Assembly (NCBI GenBank): GCA_002269645.1
Contig: NIVC01000119.1
Coordinates: 297,323-361,322, forward strand
Length of the DNA: 64,000 nucleotides
Reading direction: 5' to 3'
Source of the DNA: Macrostomum lignano
Lineage: Eukaryota
The notes below the pieces were generated by a model. The model searched no databases. It was not told where the DNA came from and saw nothing but the letters and a program-made list of their open reading frames with translations. The stretch's first letter is position 1. Each line of letters begins with the position of its first letter. This document shows, piece by piece, positions 1 to 16,080 of the stretch. Made by a program: the position numbers and the translations under genes.

Positions 1-3093
<3,093 letters not shown>

Positions 3094-4804
3094 AACTGAT
3101 ATTGGCTATGTCGTGTATTTTAACACTGAAATAAATGATTTAAACTTAAATCCAAATTCATTACGTACATGTTGATATTGTTTCTAGAAGCTACATGTAC
3201 ATATGTATGTACAGCTATGTACCCCCATAATCTCTCTCCATATGCCGGCTCTATTTTCCGCCTCGTCGTTTGAGATGGACGTCGCTGACCGTATGGGCTC
3301 ATAATTTTTTTCATCCGCATGTGTATTTTATATATGGATGAAATCTGCTGAACATTACTCGATATCGCAAATACACGCATTAAATTCGTGTTGATGATTG
3401 GGGTCACATGGGTCGTTCCAACATCTTAACCCGATCGATTTGAAAATATTTTTGCTAGCTAGTAGTAGGTTCTAAAACAAGGATGTACGTACGAAGGACG
3501 ACTCAGGGGTACTTTGGTAGTCGTTGTGTGAAGTATTGGGAAATAATTGAACCGTTCGAAATTATACGACCAGCGCAATAAATAAATCATTTGTAATCAA
3601 CGGTGTGTAACTTAACTTATAACTATCACTTTTGTTATATATGAACTTAAGTTATGAACAAACTTTTTGTGTCTAAGAACTTTTTGAAAGAACCATTGTG
3701 TCTACAAGAAATTGTCGGTTTTATACATGCGTCGGTTTTATGTCGGTTTTATACAATTATACATGCGTCGATTTACGCAGCATGTATATTGCTGCGTAAA
3801 TATAAGACCAGTGGGTGCTTAATTTTTAATGAAGTTCCACCATATATCCGGATCCAAATCCACTAAATAAAACATGGGACTGTTTTAAAGCAGGAAATTG
3901 AATATTTACTAATAAAAATGCTTTTGAAAAGTTTAACTTTAAAAAATATAATTTTTTTGTGAATACTTTTGTAAGATAGTGTTATAACGTGTTAATGAGT
4001 CGGGCTAACTATTTAAAATAGCATTCTCATACATTTTTTTGTTTCACACACGAAACTATAAAAATAATCGTATCGTATGGACGTATGAATAATGATATGA
4101 TTGATGAATAGCTACGCTTTCAATTTCTTAAGTCTTATGAATTTTCAACTAACGTGACGTAAAAGACAGGTATAATTCTGTGATAATTGTTTGAAGCTTT
4201 AATATATTATTTAGTTTAACAGAATGGACTATTTGTTGAGAACGTCATTCAGAACTATTTATTAATTTTTGTCGTGTATAGACAAGAGGCCATTATCCAA
4301 ATGATAATGCTTCCTCGGCCAAAACGTTCATTATAGAATGCTGACAGCGCTCGTAGTTTTTGACTTGTTTGCTCAGTCAGTGTCACTGCTTTAGGATATT
4401 GATAGACCCTAATTAGCATTTGTAGGCTAGCTGCATTGGGTAGGCCTATAAAAAGTGTTGAACAGAACAGGCCCTTCAATATTTTAGGTAATTAAGCGAC
4501 ATATAGAATATATAGATGAATGGGTAAATAAATGATTCACATAGCCCTACAATAACTGCAGAATGCAGATGAGATGAAAAATCTAAAGTGAGAAGACTAG
4601 CAGAAGTAGGCCCTAGGCCCCATACATGCATTGAAGGCAAAGTTTGGCAATTAGCATGGAACTAGGCCCTAGTGATGATAGTTTTATTATTTCGACCCCC
4701 CCCCCCCCCTACTGGAGCAAGTTTATCTGGCACTGACTCTATCTATGCCAGACCAGAGTTATGCTTTTGAAATTTTCTATATTTATTTGTAAATAGCCTA
4801 GACT

Positions 4805-5224
4805 CCATATTGTGGAAAGTTTTCTGTGTACGCCGGACACATTTTTATAGAATTTTCAATTGTACGCCAACAGATTTTAAATGTACGCCAACTTAAAATG
4901 GTAAAAAAATCTATGAATATTTCAATTTAAATTTAAATTGCAAAAAATTGATAATGACAAGACAATAATGACATGATAACGAGGTGACAATTCCGGTAAT
5001 TAAAATGATTCGTAAATAAGAAAATAGTAGAAGAAAAAAGGTTTTTGAAATAACTTAACACAGAAAAAGCACAAGAAATTCTTTATATTAATTTCTACAC
5101 TAGTTGCCATACACCACACTGTATGCCACACTGTACACAGCCAAGAAATGTATGCTGGTATACGCCACGGAAATCAAGTGTATGCCGGAATTTTCCAGCG
5201 TACACCCCACCATCCACAAAATGG
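4805..5224. mobile_element. MITE, 420 bp, 12-bp TIR, 8-bp TSD (hAT/P-like by TSD length)
   Basis: Left end ccatattgtgga versus reverse complement of right end ccattttgtgga; cctagact duplicated at 4797-4804 and 5225-5232; subterminal gtacgcc-like motifs. Confidence 0.65.
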
Positions 5225-6705
5225 CCTAGACTAGGCCCTGCCCTACCCTATAGGTAGCCATATAACTAAATAAGGTATGAAATCATTTCATCTACTGCCT
5301 TTTTGTTTGCCAACAAAATGACTTTTTGTAAGTAAGCTTTTTTATAATCAGATAGTAACAAACATAAAATTTGTAATTAGGAATAAATCATAAAAGATGT
5401 CTTCTTTATGCAATTATATATATAAAATTTATTTAATTTAAACAATGCATAATTCATAATATTTCAAAAAATATAATAACTATTATATAATAATAATTTT
5501 TAAATACCTGGCATGTTTTCTAATTTATTAAGCTCTTTTTTCATCATTTTTTGTATTTTCTCTATTCAGTAGGCTATTTTAGCTTATTTAGATTAGATAA
5601 AAGTTCCTTTTAATGACTATATGTGTACATAGCATAATAATATATTGAGGCAGAGCCTAGGGACAGTTTGCAAAGTTAAAATTTGGGACAGTTTAAAAAA
5701 CTTTGAATTGCCATTAGTATTTATGTTGGAGTTTGCATATTTAAAGCCAAAAAATGTCAGTCAAATCTTATGAATTTGTTTGCTGGGTTACTATCTACTA
5801 GGGTCCTCAATTCCAAGGGGAGGATATTTAAAGTTGTAATCAAGCAGTCTTAATTAGGCACAAACATTTAGGTCCTATAACACTAAATCTCAATGTATAT
5901 TAGTTTGCAAAAAAGCTTACTAATAGTAGAATTGTGCTAACACTACCTAGTTAATGTATTATAGACCATTAAATTCCAAAAGCTTGCTTGGAGTTGATAA
6001 TAGGTTATTTTATGTCCCATGAGCAAAGCTGGGTTTTTTTGTGTCATAGGCATGCCATTGCCATGACATGTTGAAATTAAAATGGTATAATGATTTTAAT
6101 ACTGTTATGACAAAATAACAACAATTTTTGCCATTATGCCATTGCCAAATCCAATATACTAAAAATGGTCTGTCGGTATATGTGTGTGTGTGTGTGTGAT
6201 CGATTTTAGCAAAAACGGCTCAACCGATTTTCTTCGAACTTGCACCATTCGATCAGAAATTTTCCTGGGACGGTACATGCATCTTGGCTAAGAAATTGCT
6301 CAATATTAAAGGGATTAAATATTCGAAAAACATGCTTTTTTGCAAAGGTCAAGCAGCTCTTTCGACTTGAAATGCATTGTAAGAATGCTAGAGAAAAAAC
6401 TGACTGGTTGAATTCTGATTCTGAAATAGATTGCATCATAAAAATAGGCTTTTATTTATCGTCTCTGTACTGGCTGAATTTTGACACTGAATTGAATTAC
6501 GTCACAGTATCGAAAATGCAGTGTGGAAGCATAGCACAATACTTGATTTATCTTGCGTAACCATATTGCTAACTTTAATAGACTGGTACTGACTTGCCTA
6601 AGAAATTGATTACGAGTATGTCATAAGTGCCTCGTGTAATTTTTACTCAATTGACTTGGTGTGAGTGTTGAACTATAAGTGCTACAAATTCATTTATAAT
6701 TTCAA

Positions 6706-6770
6706 TGAGAGCTAGCCTAGATGTAAACACACTGGACTGCTAATGCAGCTACCTGGGTTCGAATCTTAGT
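6706..6770 (+). other. tRNA-derived (SINE-head-like) module, copy 1
   Basis: A-box-like tagcctag, anticodon-like arm ctgga-ctGCTaa-tgcag, B-box ggttcgaatc; no acceptor stem. Confidence 0.6.
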
Positions 6771-6859
6771 AGTGTATAAAAGAATAAAAGTAGCATAATT
6801 TTTTTATTGAAAGCTTTTATTAAAAAAACTAATTAAAAAGACCTGGATTATGGATTAGA

Positions 6860-7920
6860 AGCCAAGGATTACTGCACTTGATAAGCCAAAGATTACTGCG
6901 CTTGATAAACCAAGGATTATTGCACTTGATAAACCAAGGATTACTGCACTTGATAAACCAAGGATTATTGCACTTGATAAACCAAGGATTATTGCACTTG
7001 ATAAACCAAGGATTATTGCACTTGATAAGCCAATGATTATTGCACTCGATAAGCCAAGGATTACTGCACTTGATAAACCAAGGATTATTGCACTTGATAA
7101 ACCAAGGATTATTGCACTTGATAAGCCAAGGATTATTGCACTCGATAAGCCAAGGATTACTGCACTTGATAAACCAAGGATTACTGCACTTGATTAACCA
7201 AGACTTACCGCACTTGATAAACCAAGGATTATTGCACTTGATAAACCAAGGACTACTGCGCTTGATAAACCAAGGATTATTGCACTTGATAAGCCAAAGA
7301 TTACTGCGCTTGATAAACCAAGGATTATTGCACTTGATAAACCAAGGATTATTGCACTTGATAAGCCAAGGATTATTGCACTCGATAAGCCAAGGATTAC
7401 TGCACTTGATAAACCAAGGATTACTGCACTTGATTAACCAAGGATTATTGCACTTGATAAACCAAGACTTACCGCACTTGATAAACCAAGGATTATTGCA
7501 CTTGATAAACCAAGGACTACTGCACTTGATAAACCAAGGATTACTGCACTTGATTAACCAAGGATTATTGCACTTGATAAACCAAGACTTACCGCACTTG
7601 ATAAACCAAGGATTATTGCACTTGATAAACCAAGGACTACTGCGCTTGATAAACAAAGGATTACTGCACTTGATAAACCAAGACTTACTGCACTTGATAA
7701 GCTAAAGATTATTGCACTTGATAGACCAGAACTTACTGCACTTGATAAACCCCCTTACTGCACTTGATAAGCCAAGGATTTCTGCACTGGATAAACCAAG
7801 ACTTACGGCACTTTATAAACCAAGGATTTCTGCACTTGATAAACCAAGACTTACTGCACTTGATAAACCAATGATTACTGCGCTTGGCAAACAAAGGATT
7901 ACTGCGCTTGATAAGCTTGG
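6860..7920. repeat. 24-bp minisatellite (tgcacttgataaaccaaggattat)
   Basis: Direct tandem units; source of the HLINQGLL-type ORFs. Confidence 0.95.
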
Positions 7921-7945
7921 CTATATGTATGCGATTCTTTCTATC

Positions 7946-8830
7946 TAGGGATGTTTGCTTTTTATGGATTCTTACTAACTGGGTTGATGCTTCTGCAATA
8001 TTTGGGTGGTGCTTGGTATCTGCAGGATGCTTGCTGTCTGGGTGGATGCTTGCTATCTGGGGGATGCTTGCTGTCTGGGTGGATGCTTCTACAATATCTG
8101 GGGGGTGCTTGGTATCTGCAGGATGCTTGCTGTCTGGGTGGATGCTTGCTATCTGGGGGATGCTTGCTGTCTGGGTGGATGCTTCTACAATATTTGGGGG
8201 ATGCTTGCTATCTAGCTGGATGCTTCTACAATATTTGGGGGATGCTTGTTATCTGCAGATGCTTGCTATTTGGGTGGATGCTTCTACAATATTTGGGAAA
8301 TGCTTGCTGTCTGGGTGGATGCTTGCTATCTGCAGATGCTTGCTATCTGGGTGGATGCTTCTACAATATTTGGGGGATGCTTGCTATCTGGGTGGATGCT
8401 TCTACAATATTTGGGGGATGCTTGCTATCTAGCTGGATGCTTCTACAATATTTGGGGGATGCTTGTTATCTGCAGATGCTTGCTATTTGGGTGGATGCTT
8501 CTACAATATTTGGGAAATGCTTGCTGTCTGGGTGGATGCTTGCTATCTGCAGATGCTTGCTATCTGGGTGGATGCTTCTACAATATTTGGGGGATGCTTG
8601 CTATCTGGGTGGATGCTTCTACAATATTTGGGGGATGCTTGTTATCTGCAGATGCTTGCTATCTGGGTGGATGATTCTACAATATTTGGGAAATGCTTGC
8701 TGTCTGCAGGATGCTCGCTATCTGGGTGGATGCTTGCTACGAGTATTAGGGGATGCTTGCTATCTGCGGTTGCTTACCTTTGGAGGGGTGCTTGCGATCT
8801 GGAGGGATGCTTGCTGTCTTGGGAATATTT
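7946..8830. repeat. Minisatellite built on ggatgcttgctatct / ggatgcttctacaatatttggg units
   Basis: Direct tandem units of mixed length. Confidence 0.9.
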
Positions 8831-9621
8831 TCTATTTAGGGGTAATGTCTGTTATCTTTGTGAAAGTTATATTTTGTTGTATATTTGTTAATTTTAGAAA
8901 AAAATAGATTCATAGCAAATATCATTGTCCGTGACAATTTTACATGAATAAGGTGATTTTTAAAAGTTAAGAAGGAATTGGTGTTTAAGAAAATGTGCTT
9001 TTTTAATTGTTTTCCATTAACTATTTTTGCTCTGTGCTTATTGGGCGCCCCGAAGGGGGGCCGCACTAGATTGCTAGTCTAATATACTAAAAATTAAATG
9101 CTTGGTTGCTTGCTTGTAATTGATTTTCTCCCGAACGGCTCAACCGATTTTCTTCAAACTTGCACCATTCGATCAGAAATTTTCCCGGGACGGTACATGC
9201 ATATTGGCTAAGAAATTGCTCAATGTTAAAGGGATTAAATATTCGAAAAACATGATTTTTTGCAAAGGTCAAGCAGCTCTTTCGACCTGAAATGCATTGT
9301 AAGAATGCTAGAGAAAAATCTGACTGGTTGAATTCTGATTCTGAAATAGATTGCATCACAATACACTTTATTTATCGTCTGTGTACTGGCTGAATTTGAC
9401 ACTCAATTGAATTGCGTCACAGCTTTGAGGGTGAAAGTATAGTGCAGTACTGAATTTATATTACGTAACCATATTGTTAACTTTCATAGACACTAAGACA
9501 CTGGTACTGACTTGCCTAAGAAATTGATTATGTCATAACTGCTTCGCGTGACTTTTTACTCTACCTGACTTGGTGTGAGTGTTGAATTATATAAGTGGTA
9601 CAAATTCACTGATAACTTCGA

Positions 9622-9685
9622 TGAGAGCTAGCCTAGAGCTGAGCAGACCAGACTGCTAATGCAGCGACCTGGGTTCGAATCTAAG
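9622..9685 (+). other. tRNA-derived module, copy 2
   Basis: gagagctagcctagag...gactgctaatgcagcgacctgggttcgaatc. Confidence 0.6.
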
Positions 9686-9754
9686 TAGTTTAAAAGTAGT
9701 AGTGTAAAATTTTTTATTAAAAGCTTTTATTAAAGGACTAAATAAAAACACTTA

Positions 9755-11860
9755 GATTACTGCACTCGATAAGCTAAGGATTATTGCTCTTGGCAAACCA
9801 AGGAATACTGCACTCGATAAGCCAAGGATTATTGCTCTTGGCAAACCAAGGATTACTGCACTCGATAAGCCATGGATTATTGCTATTAATAAACCAAGGA
9901 TTACTGCACTCGATAAGCCATGGATTATTGCTATTAATAAACCATGAATTACTGCACTCGATAAGCCAAGGATTATTGCTATTAATAAACCAAGGATTAC
10001 TGCACTCGATAAACCAAGGATTATTGCTATTAATAAACCAAGGATTACTGCACTCGATAAGCCAAGGACTATTGCTATTAATAAACCAAGGATTACTGCA
10101 CTCAATAAACCAAGGACTATTGCTCTTGGCAAACCAAGGATTACTGCACTCGATAAGCCAAGGACTATTGCTCTTGGCAAACCAAGGATTACTGCACTCG
10201 ATAAGCCATGGATTATTGCTATTAATAAACCAAGGATTACTGCACTCGATAAGCCAAGGATTATTGCTATTAATAAACTAGGGATTACTGCACTCGATAA
10301 ACCAAGGATTATTGCTATTAATAAACCAAGGATTATGCACTTGGCAAACCAAGGATTACTGCACTCGATAAGCCAAGGACTATTGCTCTTGGCAAACCAA
10401 GGATTACTGCACTCGATAAGCCATGGATTATTGCTATTAATAAACCAAGGATTACTGCACTCGATAAGCCAAGGATTATTGCTATTAATAAACCAAGGAT
10501 TACTGCACTCGATAAGCCAAGGATTATTGCTATTAATAAACCAAGGATTACTGCACTCAATAAACCAAGGACTATTGCTATTAATAAACCAAGGATTACT
10601 GCACTCAATAAACCAAGGACTATTGCTCTTGGCAAACCAAGGATTACTGCACTCGATAAGCCAAGGACTATTGCTCTTGGCAAACCAAGGATTACTGCAC
10701 TCGATAAGCCATGGATTATTGCTATTAATAAACCAAGGATTACTGCACTCGATAAGCCAAGGATTATTGCTATTAATAAACCAAGGATTACTGCACTCGA
10801 TAAACCAAGGATTATGCACTTGGCAAACCAAGGATTACTGCACTCGATAAGCCAAGGATTATTGCTATTAATAAACCAAGGATTACTGCACTCAATAAAC
10901 CAAGGACTATTGCTATTAATAAACCAAGGATTACTGCACTCAATAAACCAAGGACTATTGCTCTTGGCAAACCAAGGATTACTGCACTCGATAAGCCAAG
11001 GATTATTGCTATTAATAAACCAAGGATTACTGCACTCGATAAGGCATGGATTATTGCTATTAATAAACCAAGGATTACTGCACTCGATAAGCCAAGGATT
11101 ATTGCTATTAATAAACCATGAATTACTGCACTCGATAAGCCAAGGATTATTGCTATTAATAAACCAAGGATTACTGCACTCGATAAGCCATGGATTATTG
11201 CTATTAATAAACCAAGGATTACTGCACTCGATAAACCAAGGATTATGCACTTGGCAAACCAAGGATTACTGCACTCGATAAGCCAAGGATTATTGCTATT
11301 AATAAACCAAGGATTACTGCACTCAATAAACCAAGGACTATTGCTATTAATAAACCAAGGATTACTGCACTCAATAAACCAAGGACTATTGCTCTTGGCA
11401 AACCAAGGATTACTGCACTCGATAAGCCAAGGACTATTGCTCTTGGCAAACCAAGGATTACTGCACTCGATAAGCCATGGATTATTGCTATTAATAAACC
11501 AAGGATTACTGCACTCGATAAGCCAAGGATTATTGCTATTAATAAACCAAGGATTACTGCACTCGATAAACCAAGGATTATTGCTATTAATAAACCAAGG
11601 ATTATGCACTTGGCAAACCAAGGATTACTGCACTCGATAAGCCAAGGATTATTGCTATTAATAAACCAAGGATTACTGCACTCGATAAGCCAAGGATTAT
11701 TGCTATTAATAAACCATGAATTACTGCACTCGATAAGCCAAGGATTATTGCTATTAATAAACCAAGGATTACTGCACTCGATAAGCCATGGATTATTGCT
11801 ATTAATAAACCAAGGATTACTGCACTCGATAGCCAAGGATTACTGCGCTTGATAAGCTTG
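9755..11860. repeat. 24-bp family array arranged as 48-bp dimers with higher-order repeats
   Basis: Alternating tgcactcgataagccaaggattat / tgctattaataaaccaaggattac; variant ggattatgcacttggcaaacc recurs at about 10330, 10809, 11240, 11599. Confidence 0.95.
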
Positions 11861-11889
11861 GCTACATGTATAGGATTATTTCTATCCAG

Positions 11890-12090
11890 GGATGCTTGCT
11901 ATTTAGGGATTCTTGCTATGTGCAGGATGCTTGCTATCTGGAAGGATGCTTCTACATTATTTGGGGTATGCTTGCTATGTGCAAGATGCTTGCTATCTGC
12001 AAGATGCTTGCTATCTGCAGATGCTTGCTATCTGGGTGGATGCTTGCTAGGAGTATTAGGGGATGCTTGCTACTGGGGGGATGCTTGCTG
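11890..12090. repeat. Short copy of the ggatgcttgctatct array
   Basis: Same unit and same terminal sequence (ttgggaatattttctatttaggggtaatg) as 7946-8850. Confidence 0.85.
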
Positions 12091-12131
12091 TCTTGGGAAT
12101 ATTTTCTATTTAGGGGTAATGACTAAAATTC

Positions 12132-12195
12132 ATGAGAGCTAGCCTAGAGGTAAACAGACTAAACTGCTAAATGCAGGGACGATGGTTCGAATTTT
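12132..12195 (+). other. tRNA-derived module, copy 3 (more decayed)
   Basis: gagagctagcctagaggtaaac...actgctaaatgcag...ggttcgaatt. Confidence 0.5.
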
Positions 12196-12249
12196 TAGAG
12201 AGTAGAGTTTTTTTAATTAAAGCCTTTTAACGCCAAGACAAAAAAAATT

Positions 12250-13270
12250 ATGGAAGCGTCATGTAAACAATCATACAAGCGTCATGTAAACAATCATAGA
12301 AGCGTCATGTAAAAATCATAGAAGCGTCATGTAAAAATCATAGAAGCGTCATGTAAAAATCATAGAAGCGTAATGTAAACAATCATAGAAGCGTCATGTT
12401 AAAATCATAAAAGCGTCATGTAAACAATCATAGAAGCGTCATGTAAAAAAATCATAGAAGCGTCATGTTAAAATCATAAAAGCGTCATAAAAAATCATAG
12501 AAGCGTCATGCAAGCAATCATAGAAGCGTAATGTAAACAATCATAGAAGCGTCATGTTAAAATCATACAAGCGTCATGTAAACAATCATACAAGCGTCAT
12601 GTAAACAATCATAGAAGCGTCATGTAAAAAAATCATAGAAGCGTCATGTTAAAATCATAGAAGTGTCATGTAAACAATCATAGAAGTGTCATGTAAACAA
12701 TCATAGAAGCGTCATGTAAAAATCATAGAAGTGTCATGTAAAAATCATAGAAGCGTCATGTAAACAATCATAAAAGCGTCATGTAAACAATCATAGAAGC
12801 GTCATGTATACAATCATAGAAGCGTCATGTAAACAATCATAGAAGCGTCATGTAAAAATCATAGAAGCGTCATGTAAAAATCATAGAAGCGTCATGTAAA
12901 CAATCATAAAAGCGTCATGTAAACAATCATAGAAGCGTCATGTATACAATCATAGAAGCGTCATGTAAACAATCATAGAAGCGTCATGTATACAATCATA
13001 GAAGCGTCATGTAAACAATCATAGAAGCGTCATGTAAAAATCATAGAAGCGTCATGTAAAAATCATAGAAGCGTCATGTAAAAATCATAGAAGCGTCATG
13101 TAAAAAATCATAGAAGCGTCATGTAAAAATCATAAAAGCGTCATGTAAAAAATCATAGAAGCGTCATGTAAACAATCATACAAGCGTCATGTAAACAATC
13201 ATAGAAGCGTCATGTAAAAATCATACAAGCGTCATGTAAACAAGCATAGAAGCGTCATGAAAAAATTATA
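12250..13270. repeat. About 23-bp minisatellite (atcatagaagcgtcatgtaaaca)
   Basis: Direct tandem units. Confidence 0.95.
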
Positions 13271-14226
13271 GAAGCCTCATATAAAAACTAATGAAAGTGT
13301 GTCATTTAAAAAATTAAGAAGCATCATGGAAGAATAAAAGAAGCGTAACGTAAAAATCAAAAGAAGCGTCATGTCAGACATGAAAGAAATGTCATATAAA
13401 AATTAAATGAAGCTATAGTACAGTGCTGTGCTGGGGAGAATTACTGAGACGTCAAGGCTCACAGAGAATAACTGAGATTACAGGGGGGTTTCTGAGATGT
13501 TAAAGCAAAAGTCAGAAGCTACTTCAAAGTACATGTACTTTACTTAAGTTTTTTATTGCATTCTTTGTTGGCTTGCCACGGTGGGGGGGGCGCTGATAGA
13601 AGAAGAGTCATGTAAAAATAAAAGGAGCACTATGTATACATAAAATAAAAGTCATGTCAAAGTTAAAAGATTCATTTGGGAATTGCTACGATGTCAAAGC
13701 TTGGAGGGAATCGTTATAGTGCTGTGATTCTTAAAGAAGGAATCACTTAAATGCCAAGGCTTAGGGAAGAAGAATTGCTGTGATTTCAAGGCTTTAGGTT
13801 GGGTGAAAGTTAGGTTTACGTCAGGTTTGGGTTGAGGGTTAGATTTTAGCGCGTTTCAAGGTTAACAGGGGATTTTTTAGATTTCAAGGTTTATGGGGGG
13901 CATCGCTGACATGTCAAGGCTTACGAGGGGAATCTATCTATCTATCTATAGCTGAGATGTCAAGGCTCACGGGGGAATAAATGAGATGTCAAGGCTAATG
14001 TCAGAAGCTACATGTAGTTTATTGGAAAAAAGTTATTACATTATTTGTTTGCTCCTCACGGGAGGGATCGCTGATAGAAAAAGCATAATGTAAAAAAAAA
14101 GAAGCTTCATGTCAAAGTTAAGAGATTCATTTGGGAATCCCTACGATGTCGAGGCTTGCAGGGAATCGCTATAATGCTGTAGTAGTGCTATAGACTCTTA
14201 GAGAGAATTACTGAAATTTCAATGCT

Positions 14227-14260
14227 TTAGGGTTAGGGTTAGGGTTAGGGTTAGGGTTAG
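14227..14260 (+). repeat. Interstitial telomeric repeat, (TTAGGG)5 + TTAG
   Basis: Read directly; a degenerate counterpart lies at about 13795-13845. Confidence 0.9.
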
Positions 14261-15778
14261 AAAATAGACAGATTTTTTAAGATTTCAAGGCTTGTGGGAG
14301 CATTGCTGAGATGTCAAGGGGGGAGTTGATATGTTAAGGCTTGTGGGGGGGGATTGCTGACATGTCAAGGCTTACAAGGGTACTGGTAGCGTACTGAAGC
14401 ATACTGGTAGAAGTAGCTCTGAAAGAAGGCAAGTATGGTTGAATTTCAATGTCTGTTATAAAATTCTGCACAAACATGTTTTATTGGTACATAAGCCTGG
14501 AATTAAAATGAGAATTCGATTCCTAGCCCCCCTCCCTAAGAATTTTTTTTCATTTAAAAGGATTCGTCCCTTGCTTATTGGCCACCCGAAGGCCATTTTT
14601 TATCAAAAATGATAAAAATAATTTTTATCAAACACGTTGACATATACAGGGCTCTAAACTAAAAACTGTAAAAAGTTGATAGTTTTGTTTTACCTAAAAT
14701 GCGTTATTAACGATCTCCAAAAATTCCTATTTTAAGCTTAAGCTTAAGAAAAACACTTAAAGTACTCCTGCTAAAAGGTATATTATATTAGACGAATATT
14801 AATTATTTCTGCTCCCCGAAGGGGGGCAAAACTTTAGCTAGTTGTCAATGCTAAATCCCCAATTCCAAAGTTCAGTTTTGCTTTTAAATTTGTTCAAATA
14901 TTTGCTAAATCTCTATGTCATGTATATTATATATACTTGCTGGTTGCCAAACTGGCAACCTATTATCACTCCCATCTGAATCTATAAGAAAACAGTAATA
15001 TGGGCTCACAAAGTGCTATTTTACATTTTATGCCAATAGCATGTTGAAATTGAAAATGGCATTTATTTATTAACTTATTAACTTAATAAGTTATAATAAT
15101 CTATTTATAATGATCTATAATGATGATATAATGATTCATAAAAGGTTTGCATTTATTGATATTAGGTTTAGGCAAGTTCAGCAAATTGTGGTTAACAATC
15201 TAGTTTAGTAGCATCATGGTACACAAGGCTTATTAAAAGTAGCTAGTTATTAGCACTAAGTTTGGTCAAGATAAATATTAGCGGTAGTTGCAATAAGAGT
15301 GCAATAAGAGAGTTACAGTTGGAGTTTTAATCAAGCAAGAGAATGAATGTTCAAGTACCTTTTAACATTTTTAAAATGAGTACAATGGCTTGCTTATATA
15401 AATGCATGCAAAATATAGTGCATAGGCAATAGGGTCTATAAGATGGGAAGTAGGCATATAGAAAATGGAGCCTTAGGCTCCAAATGCTGGGCAACCAAGG
15501 CCCACAAATGGTGAAATTTGGTGAATTTGGAGTAGCCAATTAATAAAGACTTAAAGATTAAAATAGACATTGGAGCCATTTATTTCATTTGTGGGAAATA
15601 GCAGCAGTAGAAATAAATGAATTTTGTTAGTTTCAAAGCTTTTGTGTAGAAAGCTCCTAAGTCTCTAGAGTTTGAGACTCAAGTAATAGAGATTTTCAAT
15701 GCTATGTCCATATTATGTGGTTGGGATGATAGAGGCTGTAAAGTTGAGATAAATGCAGTTGGTTCTTTACTTCCCCAA

Positions 15779-16080
15779 TATAATAATAATTGATTACACT
15801 AATCATTGATTACACCTGCCCTAATGGGCACATGTGCAACTGACAGCTCAGCCACAGCTATTGTGCAGCGCATCTGAAGGCTGCATACGGCTGTTCAGTC
15901 CAAGGACTGGGGAGTCACCACACACATCCTCAATACCCCAGCCCATGCTGGCACCCATCTTACAGCTGGGTGAACTGAAGCAGTGCAGAGTTGAGTGTCT
16001 TGCTCAAGGAGACAGATTGTTCCAATGGGATCAGGAATCAAAGTCATGAGTTCGACCCTCTATCCACTTGGCTACAACTC
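15779..16080 (-). mobile_element. tRNA-derived SINE, copy 1, with CORE/MIR-like central domain and (ATT)n tail
   Basis: Homologous to 32884-33150; minus-strand A box tagccaagtgg, body tccttgagcaagacact...cacccagctgtaagatggg. Confidence 0.75.

Larger units (their letters stand above)
6150..9077 (+). mobile_element. Non-autonomous Helitron copy A with internal satellite arrays
   Basis: 5' A|TCcaatatactaaaaa, then (GT)n and aacggctcaaccgattt; 3' GC hairpin ccccgaagggg (about 9045-9061) then CTAG at 9074-9077. Confidence 0.75.
9078..14841 (+). mobile_element. Non-autonomous Helitron copy B, fused head-to-tail to copy A and extended at its 3' end
   Basis: Begins TCtaatatactaaaaa immediately after the copy A CTAG; first about 680 bp homologous to 6150-6830; ends gctccccgaaggggggc + 10 nt + CTAG|T (14838-14842). 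Confidence 0.7.

Noticed and set aside
6706-6770. Functional tRNA-Ser(GCT)
   Set aside because: No acceptor-stem pairing, no long variable arm, and an anticodon-stem mismatch; treated as tRNA-derived.
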